DNA from: a virus
Strand: one strand, 5' to 3'
IMG/VR virus record: IMGVR_UViG_3300031772_000001
Coordinates: 32,001-96,000 of that record
Length of the DNA stretch: 64,000 nt
Positions 1 through 9,367 of the stretch are shown piece by piece. The notes under the pieces are model-generated. The model worked only from the letters and a program-made list of their open reading frames with translations. It was not told where the DNA came from and did not search any database. Both the position numbers and the translations under genes were made by a program. Each line of letters opens with the position of its first letter. Position 1 is the first letter of the stretch.

Positions 1-298
1 TAGTAGAACCAACAAAACATCCAGTAATTATAGTTTCAGGTTTTTTAGAGTCTATATAAGTTGGTAATGCTTCCTTCCAGTACGGATACAAGTCTTTCGC
101 AAGTGATCCCAAATAATATGTGTAATTTACCCACTTATTAACAGGTACAATCTCTTTTACCTGAGTAGCTTTTAATACACCAGTCTCTTCAGAGATTGCA
201 CGACCCAACAAGCTCTCAATAGCGGAAAATTGAGAATCACCTATACCCTCAAAGAACTTTAGGGTTTCAGGAGAGATTTTTTCTGGGATCTCTGACAT
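1..298 (-). CDS. Probable terminase large subunit, N-terminal part (runs off window); probable intein starts at nt 19
   Basis: Not in the ORF track; my translation is MSEIPEK...YYLGSLAKDLYPYWKEAL...ETIITG|CFVGST. YYLG..LYPYW..E.IITG resembles the pre-Walker-A segment of large-phage TerL; CFVGST resembles intein block A. Confidence 0.6.
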   Translation of the reverse strand, partial: MSEIPEKISPETLKFFEGIGDSQFSAIESLLGRAISEETGVLKATQVKEIVPVNKWVNYTYYLGSLAKDLYPYWKEALPTYIDSKKPETIITGCFVGST

Positions 299-929
299 CT
301 TTGTAGTTCTCTACTGCGTCAAGAAACTTGTTTATATCTGTCTGAAGCATCAACGGAAGAAACTTTTTGATTTTCTTCTCCGACCAATCCCACCACTTAA
401 CCTGAAGAAGCCTCTCAATAATCTTCTCATCAAACCGCATCCGAATTACCTTTGCAGGATTACCACCCACAATTGCATACGATGGAACATCTTTGGTAAC
501 AACTGAGTTTGCTCCTACAGCCGCACCATCACCTACTGTAACACCGGGAAGTATAGTCACCGAGTCACATATCCAGACATCATTTCCGATAACCACCGGA
601 CCCTTCACCCGACCGTGCCCACTAACCCCTTCTGCCGCATCCCAAAGAACAGGGAAAGGGTAGGTAGTCACCCAATCAGTTCTATGATCTCCACCAATCA
701 TCACAGTTAAACAATCAGAAATAGAACAAAAAGAACCTATGGTCAAGCTACCGCCGTACTCCAGCCTACCCAAGATACTCGTGCGTCCAATATATGTGTG
801 TCTCCCCACAGAAACCCAAGGACACCGTTGTTTGAAAACATCTGTAAAAAGCACAGCATCACGACGGCACTCTATGTTGAACTTCTGCCGATCCTTCTTG
901 TCCATTCTATCAATCTCAATAGACATCAC
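267..929 (-). CDS. CatB/Vat-family hexapeptide-repeat O-acetyltransferase
   Basis: IGSFCSIS, HRTDWVTTYPF, IGNDVWI, SVVTKDVPSYAIVGGNPAK and KWWDW motifs. Confidence 0.9.
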   Translation of the reverse strand: MMSIEIDRMDKKDRQKFNIECRRDAVLFTDVFKQRCPWVSVGRHTYIGRTSILGRLEYGGSLTIGSFCSISDCLTVMIGGDHRTDWVTTYPFPVLWDAAEGVSGHGRVKGPVVIGNDVWICDSVTILPGVTVGDGAAVGANSVVTKDVPSYAIVGGNPAKVIRMRFDEKIIERLLQVKWWDWSEKKIKKFLPLMLQTDINKFLDAVENYKDVRDPRKNLS

Positions 930-1142
930 CTTTACCTCTTAATTCCGCGCAGCTTATCCACCAGTGCCAGCATCTCCTCACTCGGCCTCTGTACCTCTCC
1001 TACCTGCACATCCTCAACTAGAGGCTTCCTACGAGGCTTATCCCCGCAACACCCTACTGGCCCCTGCTTCGCAAACCCACCCCCATGAGTCCTCAAAGGA
1101 TTGTCTCTGTTCATACTACTAACTCCTTGTTTTCCCTCACAA

Positions 1143-1445
1143 TTACATCACCTCATCAGTATCTCTCTGCACGTCTTCTACCTTTTCATAAGTAGCTAAA
1201 AATATGTCATTTCGGCAAGGATAAAATTCTCCTTTTACATCACGAATAATGTAATCACCAATATTAGCTACAAAAACACCTTCAAGTGTAGTTATTTTGA
1301 ATTGACCGTCTGTTGGATCAATACCATAACCGCAATCCAAAAAACTTCCCTTATTCGTTATACCAAGAAACTCGTATAACTCATCAAGACTATATTGTGT
1401 TAGCTGAACCGCCTCAATAATAACTGGCTTTTTTCGATACTTCAT
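1143..1445 (-). CDS. Conserved phage hypothetical protein (KYRKKPV.IEA / GEFYPC family)
   Basis: MKYRKKPVIIEAVQ, TLEG, GDYII, GEFYPC..DIF..TYE. Confidence 0.8.
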   Translation of the reverse strand: MKYRKKPVIIEAVQLTQYSLDELYEFLGITNKGSFLDCGYGIDPTDGQFKITTLEGVFVANIGDYIIRDVKGEFYPCRNDIFLATYEKVEDVQRDTDEVM

Positions 1446-1480
1446 TTACATTTTTACCTTTCTTGGTTTCAGTTTACTAA

Positions 1481-1528
1481 CTCTTCGGTTTTCAGGATCA
1501 ATGCTGTAAACCACTCGACCAACTCTCC
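1481..1528 (-). pseudogene. Truncated tRNA-Ser(TGA)-like 5' half
   Basis: GGAGAGTTGGTCGAGTGGTTTA followed by an imperfect anticodon arm with CTGAAA; no T-arm or acceptor 3' strand. Confidence 0.55.
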
Positions 1529-1535
1529 AAGTAAA

Positions 1536-1623
1536 TACGGGGGATGGGACTCGAACCCACAGGCTCCCTTTCGGGAAAAGCGAATTTTAAGTTCGCCGTC
1601 TATGCCAATTCGACTACCCCCGC
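1536..1623 (-). tRNA. tRNA-Leu(TAA)
   Basis: GCGGGGG acceptor; GCGAA-CTTAAAA-TTCGC anticodon arm; long variable arm; GGTTCGAGTCC T-loop; no encoded CCA. Confidence 0.95.
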
Positions 1624-1628
1624 AAAAA

Positions 1629-1708
1629 TACGGGTGAAGGGACTCGAACCCCCACGCTTTCGCATCAGATTTTGAATCTGAGATGTCTACCAATTCCATC
1701 ACACCCGC
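1629..1708 (-). tRNA. tRNA-Leu(CAA)
   Basis: GCGGGTG acceptor; TCAGA-TTCAAAA-TCTGA anticodon arm; variable arm; GGTTCGAGTCC. Confidence 0.95.
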
Positions 1709-1713
1709 AAGTA

Positions 1714-2109
1714 TTACTCATAAACTCTCTTTTTTCCCACCCACGGAATCCCACCCGCCTTTACAAACTTCTTAGTAGACACCTCAGAGTCAAGTGTTTC
1801 CCTGACTCTTGGAACCCAAGCCTCGCCAGACCGCAACTTCATATCCCCGTCTGTCCAACGGATCATAGGAACTTTTCTAACCGGATGCAATTGCTTCTCA
1901 TCCATCTCCCCACAACGTATCAACCTACCATGCCTGTCATACACCCGAAAACAAAGGTCTTTTTGTGCAGAACTCCATTTGAAAATCTTTGCCCTCGCCA
2001 CACACTCTTCACATCCCCGCTCAGATGCCGAACGGTAGATTGTAGTCCAAACACCACTCCTATCCAAAACATCAAGAGACCACCTCCTTCTCAGTTTTTT
2101 GACATACAT
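1714..2109 (-). CDS. Hypothetical protein
   Basis: 131-aa ORF packed in the minus-strand operon. Confidence 0.6.
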   Translation of the reverse strand: MYVKKLRRRWSLDVLDRSGVWTTIYRSASERGCEECVARAKIFKWSSAQKDLCFRVYDRHGRLIRCGEMDEKQLHPVRKVPMIRWTDGDMKLRSGEAWVPRVRETLDSEVSTKKFVKAGGIPWVGKKRVYE

Positions 2110-2277
2110 AAGAGCACTCCGGTAATCTTACCAATTTAGGGTAGTATGTTCCGTGACTTACAGGCTTACCATATTTCAAACAAATATGAAGACTCTTGTT
2201 CTTTGGAAACCTCTCTCTGCCACTCTCTTCAGGTGACACATAACCACAAAACTCGTCACAAAAACACGCAGTCGATG

Positions 2278-3114
2278 TCATACCGTCACCCGACTTCTCA
2301 CAATCCCCATAAAATGCACACCCTCACCATCCTTGATTGACTTACAATACTTTATCCAAGCATCAGTTGTTGTACTGTAAAAATGATCCTTAATCTTGTT
2401 AAACATAATATGAAAAAAAGGCTCCTCAAGTTTCATAGGCTTGCCAGCATGTTGAAACCCTGCAAACTCTGGTGGAAGATACTGTGTAAACTCATACCCA
2501 TGATGAATATTGATGTAGTTTATGGGAAGACCGTCTACTTCATCACAAAATTCCTTAGTACCAACACGAGGAGCACCATGAGCTACACAAACACAAGGAA
2601 GTCCCAGATTCTTAGCCTTATCCCTTGCTGACAAAATAGTAAGTGCTCCACCCCGCGAATGTCCAGTATCGAGAATTGGAGGAAGATTATTTTCTCTCCA
2701 AATCTCCCCAAGACGTGTCTTCTTGTCTGCCATCATGTGCGTCTTATCATAAGCATATTTTTGAAGATACTCTTGAAAGGTCTGCTTATAGTACAGCCAA
2801 GACTTGTAAAAATCACAGTGAATATAGCCAGCCTTCGTACTACCATCACCAACATACACCAAATATTTCTCTGGACTTGGATCTTGTAGAGGGAACGCAT
2901 CAAAATCACCTATCCACGCAGCAAGATCCTTTGTTCCTCGAAAAGAGAAAACTATCTTATCTGGAAACTCCGCTATGTATGCAAAATCTTTATCATTCTC
3001 CAACGCCGTGTAGATTGAATTTTCAAATTCTGGAAACTTGTCAATAGGAGGACGCTCGTGCATCCCATGACTTGCTGCCTCTGCATACATCCACGACTTT
3101 GCAAAACTATCCAT
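2278..3114 (-). CDS. Class 3 lipase family alpha/beta hydrolase
   Basis: FSFRGT, IH.GF-like segment, TGHSRGGA nucleophile elbow, GAPRVG, late DH. Confidence 0.85.
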   Translation of the reverse strand: MDSFAKSWMYAEAASHGMHERPPIDKFPEFENSIYTALENDKDFAYIAEFPDKIVFSFRGTKDLAAWIGDFDAFPLQDPSPEKYLVYVGDGSTKAGYIHCDFYKSWLYYKQTFQEYLQKYAYDKTHMMADKKTRLGEIWRENNLPPILDTGHSRGGALTILSARDKAKNLGLPCVCVAHGAPRVGTKEFCDEVDGLPINYINIHHGYEFTQYLPPEFAGFQHAGKPMKLEEPFFHIMFNKIKDHFYSTTTDAWIKYCKSIKDGEGVHFMGIVRSRVTV

Positions 3115-3125
3115 AAATCCTCCTG

Positions 3126-3782
3126 TTACCTTTTGACAAGTCCAAGAAACTTCTCTAACAACTCCTTCTTGGCTTCTCCTTGTATCCCGTAAGGATGAAT
3201 TATGAAAGCATTATCCAAAACATCACCATCATAATCCCTTGAATGTTTATTAAAAATATCGTTCTTCCACACACAAACATGACTCTTATTTTCTTCTTGA
3301 TTACAAAAAAAGTCTATGGCTCTCTGCTCACAGCCATCATGTAAGTAAGAACAACCCGGACATCTTAACTTACATGGATCAGAATAACCAACCTTCCCAT
3401 AAACATCCCTCAAAAAAGACTCTGACCAAGAACAACTCTTTACAAAGAAAACCCCTGCATTAACACTGCCATTATCAGCCCTTACTCTACTATCACGATC
3501 TCTTGTAATAACAAAATCATTTTCAAAAAACTGCTCCAACCTCATACCCATATCAACAATCACCGCATCAGCGTCAATCCACACTATACCATCGTATATT
3601 GGGGTATAAGTTTGTATAAGTCGTATTTTACTCCAAACCAAAGGTCTATCGGTAACTACACTACTACCGACAGATATTAGTTTATATTTATTCCTTTCAC
3701 AATACTCAAACTTATTCCCAAGAGTCTGCAATGCGTAATCACTAATCTCATGTGTATGCATCGTCAAAACAGCAATTTTCAT
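3126..3782 (-). CDS. Glycosyltransferase (GT34 / GMA12-MNN10-like)
   Basis: WSKI, WIDADA (DxD), NAGVFFV, EQ.A, FIIH motifs. Confidence 0.85.
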   Translation of the reverse strand: MKIAVLTMHTHEISDYALQTLGNKFEYCERNKYKLISVGSSVVTDRPLVWSKIRLIQTYTPIYDGIVWIDADAVIVDMGMRLEQFFENDFVITRDRDSRVRADNGSVNAGVFFVKSCSWSESFLRDVYGKVGYSDPCKLRCPGCSYLHDGCEQRAIDFFCNQEENKSHVCVWKNDIFNKHSRDYDGDVLDNAFIIHPYGIQGEAKKELLEKFLGLVKR

Positions 3783-4450
3783 CGTATGTACGGAATCCTG
3801 TGGTAAGGTGCGGGTATTCTTTCCGGTCCTATCAAAGAATATCTTCGTAGGTTCGACAAATGGTAATGATACAACAGCACTTTATCACAAGGGTTCTTTA
3901 CAGTATACCCGACCTTTACAAACTCATAAGCAAGTCTTAGATCACACCCAAATATCCCTTGAGTAAAGTCACAAAACAAATTCTTCTCATCCTTCAAAAA
4001 ATTCCCTCTGAAAATCCAACAATCCTGCCTGTCCGTCATAATATCACCAGCAATAAACGGAACAACACTCAAAACATCCCTTCTCGAAACACACCAAACC
4101 TCATCATAAGTGATGTTAAAAATGTAAGGCAAAGAACTGTGTTCAAGCCAGCAATCTGAATTTATTATTACATTTATATCGTTTGGGAGAGAAACCTCTT
4201 TTATCAAGTCAAAATACTCCCTAAAAGTAGGTCTTCCGTCTATCAACTGTATTGAAGCAATATCTGGAAGACCAACCTGAGTTTGTTGGTAAGAATAAAC
4301 CAACTCTGCGTCACGAACAGGGTCAGGATCAACATACAGGTTGTAAAAAATATTGATCATGTATGGAAATCTATGGTTGATGGAATAGACATCCAATGCG
4401 TGACCTTCCATGAAGAATCGTCTTCGCGGTCCCCGCACCAATCCGACCAC
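3779..4450 (-). CDS. Glycosyltransferase-associated hypothetical protein (true start probably near 4360)
   Basis: NSD, QDCWIF, G.FGCD, NPC, H.H.S motifs; overlaps the upstream ORF. Confidence 0.6.
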   Translation of the reverse strand: MVGLVRGPRRRFFMEGHALDVYSINHRFPYMINIFYNLYVDPDPVRDAELVYSYQQTQVGLPDIASIQLIDGRPTFREYFDLIKEVSLPNDINVIINSDCWLEHSSLPYIFNITYDEVWCVSRRDVLSVVPFIAGDIMTDRQDCWIFRGNFLKDEKNLFCDFTQGIFGCDLRLAYEFVKVGYTVKNPCDKVLLYHYHLSNLRRYSLIGPERIPAPYHRIPYIR

Positions 4451-4581
4451 CCAACCTCTTTTTGATACTTGACCTGAAAAACAACCTTCTGTCGGTGTTC
4501 TGGAAGTCCAACCTCACATAATCCAAGTACCCACACATTATCATCTGGCAACCAACCCTCTACCTTTATCCACGTATGCAT
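4357..4581 (-). CDS. DUF551-like phage protein
   Basis: WIKVE..LP start and VTHWM.IP end. Confidence 0.7.
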   Translation of the reverse strand: MHTWIKVEGWLPDDNVWVLGLCEVGLPEHRQKVVFQVKYQKEVGWSDWCGDREDDSSWKVTHWMSIPSTIDFHT

Positions 4582-4585
4582 AATC

Positions 4586-4852
4586 TTACTTCCTACCTCT
4601 CTTGCTTTTATGAAACTTCAAAGTCGAAGAAGCATCTTTACTACTTAAAGCATACTCAGGTGGAACTTCGTTGTCGTGAAATGACCTTACAACAAATGTA
4701 TAATGATTCTCTGGATCTTTAGGAACCCTGTACTTAAACCCTACAAGAGCCACATCACACTTCTTATCCTTTGGGTCTGAAATATCCGGGGTAAGTAAGA
4801 AAGATCCCCAATGATCAATCAAATCTTCAGCAACGTCAACGATAATCCTCAA
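4586..4852 (-). CDS. Hypothetical protein
   Basis: 88-aa ORF with GGAGG RBS. Confidence 0.6.
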   Translation of the reverse strand: MRIIVDVAEDLIDHWGSFLLTPDISDPKDKKCDVALVGFKYRVPKDPENHYTFVVRSFHDNEVPPEYALSSKDASSTLKFHKSKRGRK

Positions 4853-4870
4853 TAGACACCTCCTGTAATT

Positions 4871-4971
4871 AAAAAAGCCCGTAGGATAACTGGAAGGAAA
4901 AACGAGTCCCCACTAAACTCGTACCAGAACCTTACGGCAACCGGCTTCCAGTAGATCAAACCCTACGGGCT
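4871..4971 (-). ncRNA. Multibranch structured RNA candidate closed by a terminator-like stem and U-tract
   Basis: Nested stems AGCCCGTAGG/CCTACGGGCT, ACTGGAAG/CTTCCAGT, GCCGG/CTGGT with CC-GTAA-GG, ACGAGT/ACTCGT; then T6. Confidence 0.5.
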
Positions 4972-5119
4972 ACACTACTTTCTTTTTTCAGTTTTCGTAG
5001 AACAACAACTCTTAGTTCCATCAGGGAACTCGTAAGTAAGCGTTCTTTCTAACAAATCTACCTTTAACTTCTCCCCTGTCAAATTAAAGTACATTGTCAT
5101 AAGTCTTATCATGTGTAAA

Positions 5120-5189
5120 CTCAACTCCCTTACCAAGTCACTATCCGTCGTAAGCTCAACTCCCTTACCAAGTCACTATCCGTCGTAAG
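5120..5189. repeat. Perfect 35-bp tandem duplication frameshifting ORF 5130-5441
   Basis: ctcaactcccttaccaagtcactatccgtcgtaag at 5120-5154 and 5155-5189. Confidence 0.95.
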
Positions 5190-5441
5190 ATCCGAATTGA
5201 TAATCTGCGTCAAAGAAACTACATCCCCGACAATTTTCTCTTGTTGCTCTCTCTGATCCCGCTGATTAACGGGTGAAGGCCGCACAAGATTTACCGTATT
5301 CAAAAAAGAAGACAATTCCACATCACTTACTTTCTTCTCTATAACTTCCTGTCCCTTATCTCTGTTCTTCCATGAAAAAACAAGCCAACGTGCAACATCA
5401 ACTATACAATCAGACAAACTTATTCTCATACTCTCCTCCAA
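5130..5441 (-). CDS. Hypothetical protein truncated by the duplication (likely originally extended to about 4956)
   Basis: Removing one repeat copy restores an open frame: ...DLVRELSLHMIRLMTMYFNLTGEK... Confidence 0.6.
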   Translation of the reverse strand: MEESMRISLSDCIVDVARWLVFSWKNRDKGQEVIEKKVSDVELSSFLNTVNLVRPSPVNQRDQREQQEKIVGDVVSLTQIINSDLTTDSDLVRELSLRRIVTW

Positions 5442-5444
5442 TCA

Positions 5445-6197
5445 CTATACCATTCCAGCAATATCCGACAAATACAGCTTCCCACTCTTAGCAAGCAACT
5501 CAAGTATCCTCTTTCCTATTACGTTTCTCAAGGGTGACTTTATAAACTTGAAAGCAACCTTAGTCATCTCTATATCAACCCTCTGCTGCTCTTTACCATC
5601 CAATTTCTTACTATTATCTACAATCAAAAAGTTTTCCCCTCCAAACAACGTCTGAAATCCTCCTATATTTCCCTGAACCTGATTCCATGCCTGTTTTACA
5701 AAATCCTCTGGAACACTTCTCTCCCTTTCTTCATTACGCTCAATAGCTACCTCCAAAGAGGTATTTACAAAAACCATGTATGTATCATACCCTATCCTCT
5801 CCATAGTCTCTTTCTGCTTTGTAATCTTCGCTAAATCCTTACCAGTACCGTCAATCACCAAAGGTAACATACCATTCACCCAATAACCCATACGAGTATC
5901 AGTAAGACGCTTCGCAGCCTCCCTTGCTGACAACTGCTTTGCATGAATCTCTTTGTTTGAAGGGTCTATGTCAAACGGAAGATTCTCTTTTTTCAAGTTT
6001 CTCTCAAATACAACATCAGAATTTACAAAATTAGCAAATCCAGCAAACATTTTCTTAGAGTAGAAGCTCTTGCCACTGCCCGGTCCCCCCGCCATAAACA
6101 CACACTTGAACAAGTTCGCATCGTTTATGCTCTCTTTAATCTCATTATCCTTAACATCGTCTTCATACATATCTCTAAGAAGAGCTTTTACTGCCAT
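5445..6197 (-). CDS. Zeta-toxin/AAA_33-like P-loop kinase
   Basis: FMAGGPGSGKS, VNSD, LVIDGTG, A.ERN..R.R.VP. Confidence 0.8.
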   Translation of the reverse strand: MAVKALLRDMYEDDVKDNEIKESINDANLFKCVFMAGGPGSGKSFYSKKMFAGFANFVNSDVVFERNLKKENLPFDIDPSNKEIHAKQLSAREAAKRLTDTRMGYWVNGMLPLVIDGTGKDLAKITKQKETMERIGYDTYMVFVNTSLEVAIERNEERERSVPEDFVKQAWNQVQGNIGGFQTLFGGENFLIVDNSKKLDGKEQQRVDIEMTKVAFKFIKSPLRNVIGKRILELLAKSGKLYLSDIAGMV

Positions 6198-6212
6198 AAG
6201 TTTCTCCTGTGT

Positions 6213-6413
6213 TTAATTGATTTCTGAAAGTAACACCTTCATCTTCTCTTGCTTACCCTGCATTAACTTCTCATAACAATCATCACACACCACGTCACAC
6301 TCCTCTACAGGCTTATCAAATTCTTGCTTCATCTCGGCAATCGCCTCTTCGTCAGACCACGCTTTTTCAAAAGTACCTCCGCAGACACAACACTTGAAAG
6401 TATTGTCAGGCAT
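6213..6413 (-). CDS. Zinc-binding hypothetical protein
   Basis: CxxC...CDDC. Confidence 0.6.
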   Translation of the reverse strand: MPDNTFKCCVCGGTFEKAWSDEEAIAEMKQEFDKPVEECDVVCDDCYEKLMQGKQEKMKVLLSEIN

Positions 6414-6415
6414 AA

Positions 6416-6703
6416 TTACTTCTCCACTCTTACGCTCAAGTTACCATTACACTTAGGACATTGAACCACAAACTCTCTTGTGTCTGGCTTATCAACATGA
6501 TTGACGTTATAGATACCAAACTCGAAGACAAGAACATTCAGGACAATCAAACGTGCGGATATATGAGGATTATGGTCACTTTTGTAAAGATCAATCTGAG
6601 ATTCAAAGTTTACAAAATTGATCCCATCCTTAAACTTACGAATAACATAGAAAAACGCAAGCTCCCAAGCATAGTTCTTAGATATTTTCGTTCCTATGAC
6701 CAC
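6416..6703 (-). CDS. Hypothetical protein
   Basis: 95-aa ORF with C-terminal CPKC. Confidence 0.55.
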   Translation of the reverse strand: MVIGTKISKNYAWELAFFYVIRKFKDGINFVNFESQIDLYKSDHNPHISARLIVLNVLVFEFGIYNVNHVDKPDTREFVVQCPKCNGNLSVRVEK

Positions 6704-7191
6704 CGTTCTTTCCTTCCTTATTCTTGTTCTTATCTCTTCATCAACGAATGGTCAAGGCAATATTTCTTCCTTCGTACAACACGAAATTCAGCGGTGCATC
6801 CTTCCCACTGACACCGCCTCATAGAAGTATATCGTCTTTTGCTCTGTATTTTAGTTTCTTCTATGTAATACTTATCTATGTACTGATGTCCTTTACTTAC
6901 TATCTCATCAATCCTTGACATGACACACCACTTACTCAAACACCACAAGAAAGCATGTTACATAGCTTTGATCTTCTACTTTTCTCTCTGCTTCCAAACA
7001 AGCCTCGCAACGCATTATCCACCCGTTTATCTGAATCAACTCGGTGTAAGATTTTTCTTCAAAAGGGAAAAGTCGGCACACAGAAACTGTCCAAAAGTCT
7101 TAGTCCCAAAAAATTTGCAAAACTTGTTAGGCTCACTGACGTTAAAGCACCACAATTAAGATCAAACCGTACTTCTATCATAGAAATCCCC

Positions 7192-7512
7192 TTACTTTGA
7201 TCCCACTCTCTGCTTTCCGCACATAGGACAGAATTTTACACCGTTATCTGTTGCTGTACCTTCAGAAAAACACCACTTATCCCCACACTCCGTATCATAA
7301 GAGTCTGTTGTAGAGTCGTATATCCAATGACAAGTCTTCTTTGGCTTCGCACACACCTCTCCTTCCACTATGATCTCACCTCTTGGACGAACTGGAGGTG
7401 GAGGAGGTGGAGGAGGTGGAGGAGGTGGAGGAGGTGGAGGAGGTGCCGGAACTTTCTTCATTCGCTCCAATTTCTCTGGTGACGGTAAGGATCGTGGCGC
7501 GTTTGTAGTCAT
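7192..7512 (-). CDS. Hypothetical protein with poly-Pro tract and C-terminal FCPxCG zinc ribbon
   Basis: Long (CCT/CCA)n run at about 7393-7446; YDTECG...FCPMCG. Confidence 0.65.
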   Translation of the reverse strand: MTTNAPRSLPSPEKLERMKKVPAPPPPPPPPPPPPPPPPPVRPRGEIIVEGEVCAKPKKTCHWIYDSTTDSYDTECGDKWCFSEGTATDNGVKFCPMCGKQRVGSK

Positions 7513-7949
7513 TTCTCACCCACTACCTTCAACAAATCATCCATTGTCTCTCTGTCAGCAACAACTACAAAAAGACGCAAAAGATGGTCTACAGCATCTT
7601 TAAGTTCTACCCACTTAGCTTTGAACTTAACATAAAACTTCTCTGGTAACTCATACTCAGAATAGTTAATCTGCTTTTGCATATCAAAAATCTTTGTCTT
7701 AACAACAGCTTCAACATCAGAAACAAGTGAAGGTGAAACTACTAAACGAACTCTTCTATTCCAATACTCTACCGCTTCCTTCTCAGAGTAAACCAACCCA
7801 CCACACGTAGCTCCACAATCACACTGCACTCGAAAATCACCAAGATCGTCAAGCTCCTCGTACATCTCAGGAGTACCGCCACAAAAAGGACAAGGCAGTA
7901 ACCCCTCTACTGGATGGTCTGTCTTAACACTCATTGAAACTCCTTCCAC
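7509..7949 (-). CDS. Lar-family restriction alleviation-like protein
   Basis: LLPCPFCGG...C..CGA...A...WNRR. Confidence 0.75.
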   Translation of the reverse strand: MEGVSMSVKTDHPVEGLLPCPFCGGTPEMYEELDDLGDFRVQCDCGATCGGLVYSEKEAVEYWNRRVRLVVSPSLVSDVEAVVKTKIFDMQKQINYSEYELPEKFYVKFKAKWVELKDAVDHLLRLFVVVADRETMDDLLKVVGEK

Positions 7950-8714
7950 ACATAACCATGATTCTCTGTGTCAGGATCTACCTTCCACTTCTCATGTTCT
8001 AACCTACCATCATCCTGGTCTTCATTCTCTCTTATATCAGGCTCTTTACCTGCCCCATGAAGAAAATTCTCGTCATCCTCGTACCCCATATACTACGTTC
8101 TTTCTCTCTCAAAGGCACACAAGCAGTTTACATAAGACACTGAGTTATATCCTTTAGAACGAAATATCGGCCAGAACTTCTTACCATCAAACTCTGTTAT
8201 CTGTTTTATCTTCTTTGGTATGTGCAACTCCCCATACTTTTCACCTTTTGGTATAGGAACACCATTCACCTCACACTGAGTATACCTCACCGCTTTCATG
8301 TGCAAATAGCGACGTTCAAACTCCTGCTTAGGCATCTAACAGCATTCTCCTCCAACGCTCAAGTGCAGCTACGAATTCCTCTTTTTTATCTTTACCTCTT
8401 CCACAAGCAACATCTGTCCCGTTAATAAAAACCACTCCCCACGGGTCAACGTCAAATAATTCCATGACTCTCTTAATCAACTTTTCGGGGTCTGTTGGCA
8501 ATGCTTCAAAGTATGATTATCAAACATGTACCAATAATTTCTTTTTAGAGGACTCTTAGCCTTGCTAACCTCACGAATGAAAAACTTTGCCTGCTCAAGA
8601 CCTTTAATGAAAGAGTCCTGATCAATACCCTTTGGGGCCATATTAGCTTTACACCACTCAATTTCCTTATCTACAGCATCAAGATACTCCTGCATATTCT
8701 TCCTCCATTATTTC

Positions 8715-8918
8715 TCAACCTATAGTGTCAAGCCGTGTTTTGGGCTTTAGCTGTTGTACGAAGTGGCGCAAATTCCGCAGTGTCCGCCACGCCTTATCCA
8801 ACAGCGTGTACCAATGATAAACTATGAATGCACGCGGGAATCCTGACCAGAAATGCCACTTACCGCAATACGGATAGTTACAGAACGATTTACTTTCAAT
8901 AATGAAACCTCTCCACAT
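8715..8918 (-). CDS. Cassette H hypothetical protein
   Basis: Only plausible ORF between junctions 8975 and 8719. Confidence 0.5.
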   Translation of the reverse strand: MWRGFIIESKSFCNYPYCGKWHFWSGFPRAFIVYHWYTLLDKAWRTLRNLRHFVQQLKPKTRLDTIG

Positions 8919-8968
8919 AAACTTCTACTTTCCGGCGCGGCCTATAAATTCAGGCTTTGCGCCATTTT

Positions 8969-9092
8969 GTACAACGTCTACGCAATGGGCGATAGTTTGC
9001 CCCTACAATTACACTGGCCTACCACGACCACATGTATGCCATCGGTGTCCTCAAAATAATGAGGGCAAATTTCGGCCCTTGCGGTGTTGGGT
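8969..9092 (-). repeat. attC-like site, cassette G
   Basis: CCCAAC-AC-CGCAA-GGG...CCC-A-TTGCG-TAGAC-GTTG with one extrahelical base. Confidence 0.8.
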
Positions 9093-9214
9093 GCCGGTTT
9101 GTCAACCACCACGCGGTTGGCCGCGCTCCAACCGATCTCCGCACTCACCATATCTATCTGATAATCACCAGGCCCTTGCGTCTTCCACCACTCACGGAAT
9201 GTCTTCGCGGCCAT
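8978..9214 (-). CDS. Cassette G hypothetical protein
   Basis: GGAGG RBS, start MAAKTF; reads into the attC-like site. Confidence 0.6.
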   Translation of the reverse strand: MAAKTFREWWKTQGPGDYQIDMVSAEIGWSAANRVVVDKPAPNTARAEICPHYFEDTDGIHVVVVGQCNCRGKLSPIA

Positions 9215-9241
9215 ATCACCTCCAAAGTTGACAAACTGGCA

Positions 9242-9367
9242 TCCCAACGTCTTGCGAAACGTGCGCCGTGCTACAGATTATAGTGGCACACCATACACGC
9301 TTCGCCGAGCGAATACCGCCCTGCACGCTCACCACAGTTCGGACATGGCGCACTTTTGCTGTTGGTT
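9242..9367 (-). repeat. attC-like site, cassette F
   Basis: CAAC-AGC-AAAA-GTGCGCC...GGCGCAC-G-TTTC-GC-AAGAC-GTTG. Confidence 0.8.

Noticed and set aside
267-929. Antibiotic resistance gene (catB/vat)
   Set aside because: The family includes many sugar O-acetyltransferases, and the context favours glycan modification
1469-1702. 77-aa ORF
   Set aside because: Overlaps two intact tRNA genes
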